Origin: Armatimonadota bacterium
Lineage (GTDB): Bacteria > Armatimonadota > UBA10988
Length of the DNA: 11,477 nt
Direction: 5' to 3'
Assembly: GCA_016235455.1 (NCBI GenBank)
Contig: JACRKZ010000179.1
Location: 1 to 11,477 of the forward strand
The translations under genes and the position numbers were made by a program. The notes beneath the pieces were generated by a model. That model was not told the origin of the DNA and did no database searches. It saw nothing but the letters and a program-made list of their open reading frames with translations. Shown here piece after piece: positions 7,049 through 11,477 of the stretch (positions within the stretch are counted from its first letter, which is position 1; every line of letters begins with the position of its first letter).

Positions 7049-7893
7049 CCCGCCCGGGCGATGACCGCGAACTCGTCGGCGTCCGCGTCGAACGGCGCGC
7101 CGGCCACATCGCCCAGCAGCGCCTCGGCGCGCAAGCCATGCTCGGCCAGTTCGGCGACCAGCGCGTCGGGTTCGAAGAACTGGTGCCAGACGTGCACCAC
7201 GCGCTGCCGTTCGGGCTCGATGAGCGTGTACTTGTCCAACGTCACGGCCGCGTCGTCGTAGCGGAAGGTGGCGTGCAGCTCGAAGCACGGTCCGGCCGAC
7301 CAGAAGCCGTCGGCGGCCTGGTGCCGCCAGGTGGTGGCCTCGGTCCGGCGGGCGTAGGCGGCCAGCGTGTAGGCATCGAACACGAAGGCGCCGCCCGGCC
7401 GGAGCCAGTCGACGACGCGCTCCAGCAGCGCGGAGCGGCGCGCGGGGCTGAGCACGCAGAAGTCGCACATGATCATGGTGATCAGGTCGTAGCGCTCCGC
7501 GGCGTCCCACTCCAGGTAGTTGGCCTGCATGTAGTCGATGGTCAGCGCGGCGGCCTCGGCCTGCGCCCGGGCATAGGCCAGCGACGAGGCCGAGAAGTCG
7601 ACGCCGGTGACGCGCGCGCCCAGTCGGGCCAGGCGCTGGGTGTAGAGTCCCGGCCCGCAGCCCAGGTCGAGCGCACTACCGCCGGCGGGCAGCAGATCGG
7701 CGAGCCAGCGCGCGGAGCGGTCGATGAAATCGTGCCGGCGCGAGGCGGCGCTCACCTCGGGGTCGAGGTGGAAGGCCAGCATCTGCCGCGCCACGTGCGG
7801 GTCGGTCCACAGTTCGGCGGCCGTGCCCACGGAGAACGGCTCGGGCCGTGTGTCGATGGTCAGCAACGACTGGTAGAGATCGGCGGGATCCAT
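7045..7893 (-). CDS. Class I SAM-dependent methyltransferase (282 aa)
   Basis: Motif I ALDLGCGPGLY, VTGVDFS, YDLITMIMCDFCVL, LRPGGAFVFD. Start set at ATG 7893 (MDPADLY), since the longer ORF-track version overlaps the divergent gene. Confidence 0.92.
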   Translation of the reverse strand: MDPADLYQSLLTIDTRPEPFSVGTAAELWTDPHVARQMLAFHLDPEVSAASRRHDFIDRSARWLADLLPAGGSALDLGCGPGLYTQRLARLGARVTGVDFSASSLAYARAQAEAAALTIDYMQANYLEWDAAERYDLITMIMCDFCVLSPARRSALLERVVDWLRPGGAFVFDAYTLAAYARRTEATTWRHQAADGFWSAGPCFELHATFRYDDAAVTLDKYTLIEPERQRVVHVWHQFFEPDALVAELAEHGLRAEALLGDVAGAPFDADADEFAVIARAG

Positions 7894-7899
7894 GGCGCC

Positions 7900-7977
7900 A
7901 GCGTAGCCGTCAGCGCCCGGGCCGTCAACGCGCGTTAACCGGCGGGCGTTGACGCTGGTCCATCCTTCTGCGACAGT
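7900..7977. promoter_or_regulatory. Divergent sigma70-type promoters with back-to-back TTGACG boxes
   Basis: Minus strand: TTGACG (7928-7923)-N17-TACGCT (7905-7900), 6 nt before ATG 7893. Plus strand: TTGACG (7949-7954)-N17-GACAGT (7972-7977) with an extended TG. Together they form a 9-bp inverted repeat CGTCAACGC/GCGTTGACG. Confidence 0.6.
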
Positions 7978-7993
7978 CATGCAGGAGGTCGCC

Positions 7994-9550
7994 ATGCGTG
8001 TGTTGTCCCTTCTTGCGTTGCTGGTGGTGGCGGTCTGGGCGGCGCCGAGCCAGGCCCAGTTGCCGCGCATCCCGTTGCCCGGTGGCATCAAGCTGCCCGA
8101 GATCGGCATCGACGCGCTGCTGAAGGAGGAGCCGCCGCTGACCACCGGCCTGGCCGACGCCCTGATCAGCCTGCCCGAGCTGGACCGATGGGAGCCACCG
8201 CTGGCCAAGCTGCCCGAGGGCGGTCTGCAGACCAAGGATGGTGCGTTCGTGCTGCCTGGGCCGGGCCGTTACCACTTCTCACTGCAGAGCTACTGCCTGC
8301 GCGCCGGCACCCACGGGCCAGGCCAGGGCGAGGGCTACCTGCACGCGCCGCTCAAGGGCGCCCGGGCGGAGATCATCCGCGGCATCCTGCGGCGCTCGGT
8401 CGAGCATCCTGAGCTGGATCAGCACCAGGTGCAGTTGCTGCTCTGGGCCGTTCTGGCGCGCACGAACCTGGCGAAGGCCCACCGCGACCTGCGTGAAACG
8501 GCCAAGCTGCTGCTGACCGCCAAGGAGTTCGGCGCGCTGTCGGGCGGCGTGTGGGGCAGCCTGCCCGACGCGGTACAGAACCGGCTGGTCCGCGAGGCCG
8601 GGCCGGTCCTGGGGCCGCTCCTGGCGACCGAGGCCAAGCTGCGCCGGGCCTTCTCCGCGCGCAGTCTGCCGGGCTACGACGAGCTCGAGCGCGTTGCCGT
8701 GCTGGCCGGCGACCCGGGCGCCAGCGATGGGCCCGTGGCGCCGCGCACCCGGTGGTCGTACGACCCGACCAAGCGGCTGTTCATCCGCTACAACCCCCAG
8801 GGCTACTCACGCACCGAGGTCGATGTCTACTGGCCCGAGCGCTGGGCCGTCGGCCGCGATAACCTGCGCCGCATCGTGCGCCTGGCCGACCAGTCGGGCA
8901 ACGTCATTGAGACGCTCTACGACGACACCATTGCGCCGTTCACCCATGGCCAGGCCCCCGGGCTCACGGGCTACGCCTTCTCCGGCTACCGGCTGACGCG
9001 CCGTGACCCGGCCGACGCGGCCGCCGTGCAGGTGCGCGAGATCAAGGCGCCCGGCTGGACCTTCGTGGGCCGGCCCGGCAAGCGCACGCAGCAGGGCCTG
9101 GCCGGCGGCGTCTTCCTCGCCGAGAACCTGGGCAACACCCGGGCCGGCTTGCGCTTCGCGGTGGACGTGGGCGACCTCAAGGATCGCTTCGACGGCTGGC
9201 AGGAGCGCTACGACCAGGCCAACGAGGCTATGGACCGCTGGGACCGGATCAACCAGCACTTCGACCACCAGGGCAACGACGGCGCCATCGACGACCTGAC
9301 CGACATGGACCACTACAACAACGGCCTCGATGCCGCCACCAGCCAGGACATGTTCGACAAGGGCGACTGGATCGCCGATCACCTGGCGCGCGTCGTCAAT
9401 GCCTGGAACTACTGCTCCGACGCCCTGGCGGGGCTGCTCAGCAACGACGATGCCGACAGCGAGGCGCGCTCCTTCGACCCGTCCGACAACGCGGCCGTGC
9501 CGACGCACAGCGGGCGCCAGCGCCTCGGCCAGTCGGCTCGGTCGCGTTGA
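7994..9550 (+). CDS. Secreted hypothetical protein (518 aa), candidate thioester-domain-like protein
   Basis: AGGAGG SD at 7983-7988; signal peptide MRVLSLLALLVVAVWAAPSQA; strong GC3 bias. Motifs SYCL, VQLLLW and C-terminal RQRL. Function is inferred only. Confidence 0.85.
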   Translation: MRVLSLLALLVVAVWAAPSQAQLPRIPLPGGIKLPEIGIDALLKEEPPLTTGLADALISLPELDRWEPPLAKLPEGGLQTKDGAFVLPGPGRYHFSLQSYCLRAGTHGPGQGEGYLHAPLKGARAEIIRGILRRSVEHPELDQHQVQLLLWAVLARTNLAKAHRDLRETAKLLLTAKEFGALSGGVWGSLPDAVQNRLVREAGPVLGPLLATEAKLRRAFSARSLPGYDELERVAVLAGDPGASDGPVAPRTRWSYDPTKRLFIRYNPQGYSRTEVDVYWPERWAVGRDNLRRIVRLADQSGNVIETLYDDTIAPFTHGQAPGLTGYAFSGYRLTRRDPADAAAVQVREIKAPGWTFVGRPGKRTQQGLAGGVFLAENLGNTRAGLRFAVDVGDLKDRFDGWQERYDQANEAMDRWDRINQHFDHQGNDGAIDDLTDMDHYNNGLDAATSQDMFDKGDWIADHLARVVNAWNYCSDALAGLLSNDDADSEARSFDPSDNAAVPTHSGRQRLGQSARSR

Positions 9551-9575
9551 CGTGGCGTTACCGTCGGGCTAGCAT
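9547..9575 (+). promoter_or_regulatory. sigma70-type promoter of the DPS-like gene
   Basis: TTGACG (9547-9552, overlapping the upstream TGA)-N17-TAGCAT (9570-9575); GAGGAG SD at 9604-9609. Confidence 0.65.
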
Positions 9576-9617
9576 GGACAGGGAGCCGCCCGGGCGGGCG
9601 CTGAGGAGTGAGCAACG

Positions 9618-10121
9618 ATGGGAACCAGAGCACGAGAGATCGTCGGACCGGACGTCGACCAGATCGTCGAGATGCTCGACGCGGCCTATGCCTCCGAGTG
9701 GCTGGCCTACTATCAGTATTGGCTGGGCGCCAAGCTGATCAAGGGGCCGATGAAGGATGCCGTGGCGGCCGAGCTGACGCTGCACGCGACCGAGGAGCAG
9801 ATGCACGCCGTGCTGGTCGCCGACCGCATCATCCAGCTCGGTGGCACGCCGGTGCTGACGCCCGAGGGCTGGGCGGCGAAGAGCCCCTGCGCCTATGATG
9901 CGCCGGCGGACCCGTACGTGGCCGTGCTGCTCGACCAGAACATCGTCGGGGAGCAGTGCGCCATCAGCACCTACAAGGCGATCATGGACTTCTGCCGCGA
10001 CAAGGACATGATCACCTACAACCTCGCGCTGACCATCCTGGAGCAGGAAGTGGAGCACGAGGAGGACCTGCAGAGCCTGCGCGAAGACCTCGATCTGCTG
10101 GTCGAGCGCGGTAACCGCTGA
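9618..10121 (+). CDS. Ferritin-like DPS-like (DPSL / bacterioferritin-related) protein, 167 aa
   Basis: Di-iron ligand pattern E27, E60xxH63, E112, E144xxH147. Motifs EWLAYYQYW and RIIQLGG. Cys pair C91/C114 (EQCAI), as in DPSL thioferritin proteins. Confidence 0.9.
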   Translation: MGTRAREIVGPDVDQIVEMLDAAYASEWLAYYQYWLGAKLIKGPMKDAVAAELTLHATEEQMHAVLVADRIIQLGGTPVLTPEGWAAKSPCAYDAPADPYVAVLLDQNIVGEQCAISTYKAIMDFCRDKDMITYNLALTILEQEVEHEEDLQSLREDLDLLVERGNR

Positions 10122-10133
10122 TTTGCCCCGCAG

Positions 10134-10169
10134 CGAAGCCCGCCACGGCCTCGGTCGTGGCGGGCTTCG
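10134..10169 (+). terminator. Strong stem-loop after the DPS-like gene (probable terminator, no U-tract)
   Basis: CGAAGCCCGCCACGGC-CTCG-GTCGTGGCGGGCTTCG: 16-bp stem with one G-U pair, 12 nt after the stop codon. Confidence 0.7.
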
Positions 10170-10221
10170 TGCGATCCGGGCGCGTCGCACCCAGCGATCC
10201 ACACCTGGTACAATGCGCTCC

Positions 10222-10259
10222 TTGACGTTGATGCCATGTCTGCTATAGCATCCATGGCA
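10222..10259 (+). promoter_or_regulatory. sigma70-type promoter overlapped by a palindromic operator candidate
   Basis: TTGACG at 10222-10227, with -10 either TATAGC (16-nt spacer, extended TG) or TAGCAT (18-nt spacer). Inverted repeat TGCCATG-tc-TGCTATAGCA-tc-CATGGCA at 10232-10259. Confidence 0.65.
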
Positions 10260-10271
10260 CCGAGGCTGAGC

Positions 10272-10919
10272 ATGAACGAGGCGCCGTTGACCAAGTCGGA
10301 CCAGGTCTACCAGACGCTGCGCGGCTGGGTGTTGTCGGGTGAGCTGGCGCCGGGCCAGCGGCTGGTGCAGCGAGTCCTGGCCGAGCGACTGGGGGTGAGC
10401 AGCATCCCCGTGCTGGAGGCCATCCGCCGGCTGGAACACGACGGGCTGGTGGTGTCTCATGCCAACTTCGGCGCGGCGGTGCGCGTGTGGAGCGCCGAGG
10501 ACATTGAGGGCGCCTACCTGGCGCGGGAGGCGCTGGAGGGCATTGCCGCGCGGCTGTTCGTGCAGCGGGCAACGCCCGCCGAGCGGGCCGTGCTGCGCGC
10601 GCTGGCGGACGAGGTGGAGGCGGCGCTGGCCGCGGGTGAGACCGCGGCCAGCCGCGACGCGGACATGCGCTTCCACCGCCACCTGGTGGCCGGCACCCAT
10701 GCCGACACGCTGGCCAGGCTGGTGGAGAACTCGTGCCTGGTCACACTGACCATTCTGTACCGCGCCGCCAGCGAGACCGGGCGCGGCCGAAGCCCGTTGC
10801 CCGGCGAGCACGAGGTGCTGGCCGACACACTGCTGAACGGCACCGCCGACGAAGCCGAGCAAGCGCTGCGCGGACACATCCGGCGTGGCCTGACCAACCT
10901 GATGGGAGCTGTGGCATGA
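10272..10919 (+). CDS. GntR family transcriptional regulator (FadR/FCD type)
   Basis: Winged HTH VYQTLRGWVLSGELAPGQRLVQRVLAERLGVSSIPVLEAIRRLEHDGLV. FCD motifs REALEG, DMRFHRHL, EHEVL, GHI. GAGG precedes ATG 10272; ATG 10254 is an alternative start. Confidence 0.93.
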   Translation: MNEAPLTKSDQVYQTLRGWVLSGELAPGQRLVQRVLAERLGVSSIPVLEAIRRLEHDGLVVSHANFGAAVRVWSAEDIEGAYLAREALEGIAARLFVQRATPAERAVLRALADEVEAALAAGETAASRDADMRFHRHLVAGTHADTLARLVENSCLVTLTILYRAASETGRGRSPLPGEHEVLADTLLNGTADEAEQALRGHIRRGLTNLMGAVA

Positions 10920-11477
10920 CGTTCGATCCGCTGCGTGGTCTGGTGGCCGCGACACACACACCGTTCGACGCCACGGGCGAGTTGCACCTGCCCGGTGTCG
11001 AGCGCCTGGCGGAGCATCTGCTGGGCTGCGGGGTGACGCAGGTGTTCATTGGCGGCAGCACCGGCGAGAGTGCGTCGCTGAGCTTCCTCGAGCGCCAGGA
11101 ACTTGGGCAGCGCTGGCTGGAGATCGCGCGCGGCACGGCGTTGCAGGTCGTCGTGCATGTCGGTGGCAACTGCCTGCGCGAGGCGAGCACGCTGGCCGCC
11201 CAGGCGCAGCAGCTCGGCGCGCGAGCCGTGGCTATGCTCGCGCCGAGCTACTTCAAGCCGGCCAACGTCGACGCGCTCATCGCCTGCTGCGCGCATGTGG
11301 CCGCCGAGGCGCCTGAACTGCCCTTCTACTTCTACGATATCCCCGTGCTGACCGGCGTGAGCCTGCCCATGGCCGATTTCCTGGCCCATGGGCGCGAGCA
11401 GATTCCCAATCTGGCCGGGCTCAAGTGGACGAACCCCGACCTCTTCAACTTCCAGCGCTGTCTCCACGCGCCCGGCG
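10916..11477 (+). CDS. nanA: N-acetylneuraminate lyase / DHDPS-family aldolase, partial (runs off the right edge)
   Basis: Manual translation: MTFDPLRGLVAATHTPFD...FIGGSTGESASLS...VVHVG...APSYFKP...LPFYFYDIPVLTG...NLAGLKWT. Contains GSTGE, the catalytic Tyr and the Schiff-base Lys. ATGA overlap with gntR. The family is secure; the substrate and symbol are less so. Confidence 0.8.
   Translation, partial: MTFDPLRGLVAATHTPFDATGELHLPGVERLAEHLLGCGVTQVFIGGSTGESASLSFLERQELGQRWLEIARGTALQVVVHVGGNCLREASTLAAQAQQLGARAVAMLAPSYFKPANVDALIACCAHVAAEAPELPFYFYDIPVLTGVSLPMADFLAHGREQIPNLAGLKWTNPDLFNFQRCLHAPG

Noticed and set aside
461-7510. Long alternative ORFs (461-2005, 2227-3129, 3793-5493, 5120-7510)
   Set aside because: Arg/Ala/Gly-rich or antisense shadow frames of well-supported genes, typical of high-GC DNA; no motifs.
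7894-8235. N-terminal extension of the methyltransferase (396-aa version)
   Set aside because: It overlaps the divergent gene and promoters; a promoter points directly at ATG 7893.
9586-9597. Palindrome CCGCCCGGGCGG in the DPSL leader
   Set aside because: All-GC 12-mer expected by chance at this composition; no resemblance to Fur or PerR boxes.
9558-11467. Minus-strand ORFs 9558-10961 and 10514-11467
   Set aside because: Antisense to the DPSL, GntR and lyase genes, which have clear family motifs.

Overview
GC-rich bacterial chromosomal window (the gene mix resembles Armatimonadota/PVC-type polysaccharide degraders; this is inference only). The left, minus-strand block holds a 73-aa truncated copy of the start of an HzsA-like gene, a secreted FAD-dependent oxidoreductase, an orphan 72-81 aa coding fragment, a 955-aa secreted HzsA-like beta-propeller/di-haem protein, a 46-aa membrane peptide missing from the ORF track, and a HEAT-like gene running off the left edge. 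Then come a divergent Tat-exported sulfatase, a convergent SAM methyltransferase (an 18-bp self-complementary tandem repeat carries both stop codons), a secreted 518-aa unknown with thioester-domain-like motifs, a DPS-like ferritin, a GntR regulator with a palindromic operator candidate, and a partial N-acetylneuraminate lyase/DHDPS-family gene. Two promoter classes are readable: TTGACG-based sigma70-type and AGG(A/T)-N17/18-GAA SigH-like. I found no RNA genes, mobile elements or CRISPR arrays.
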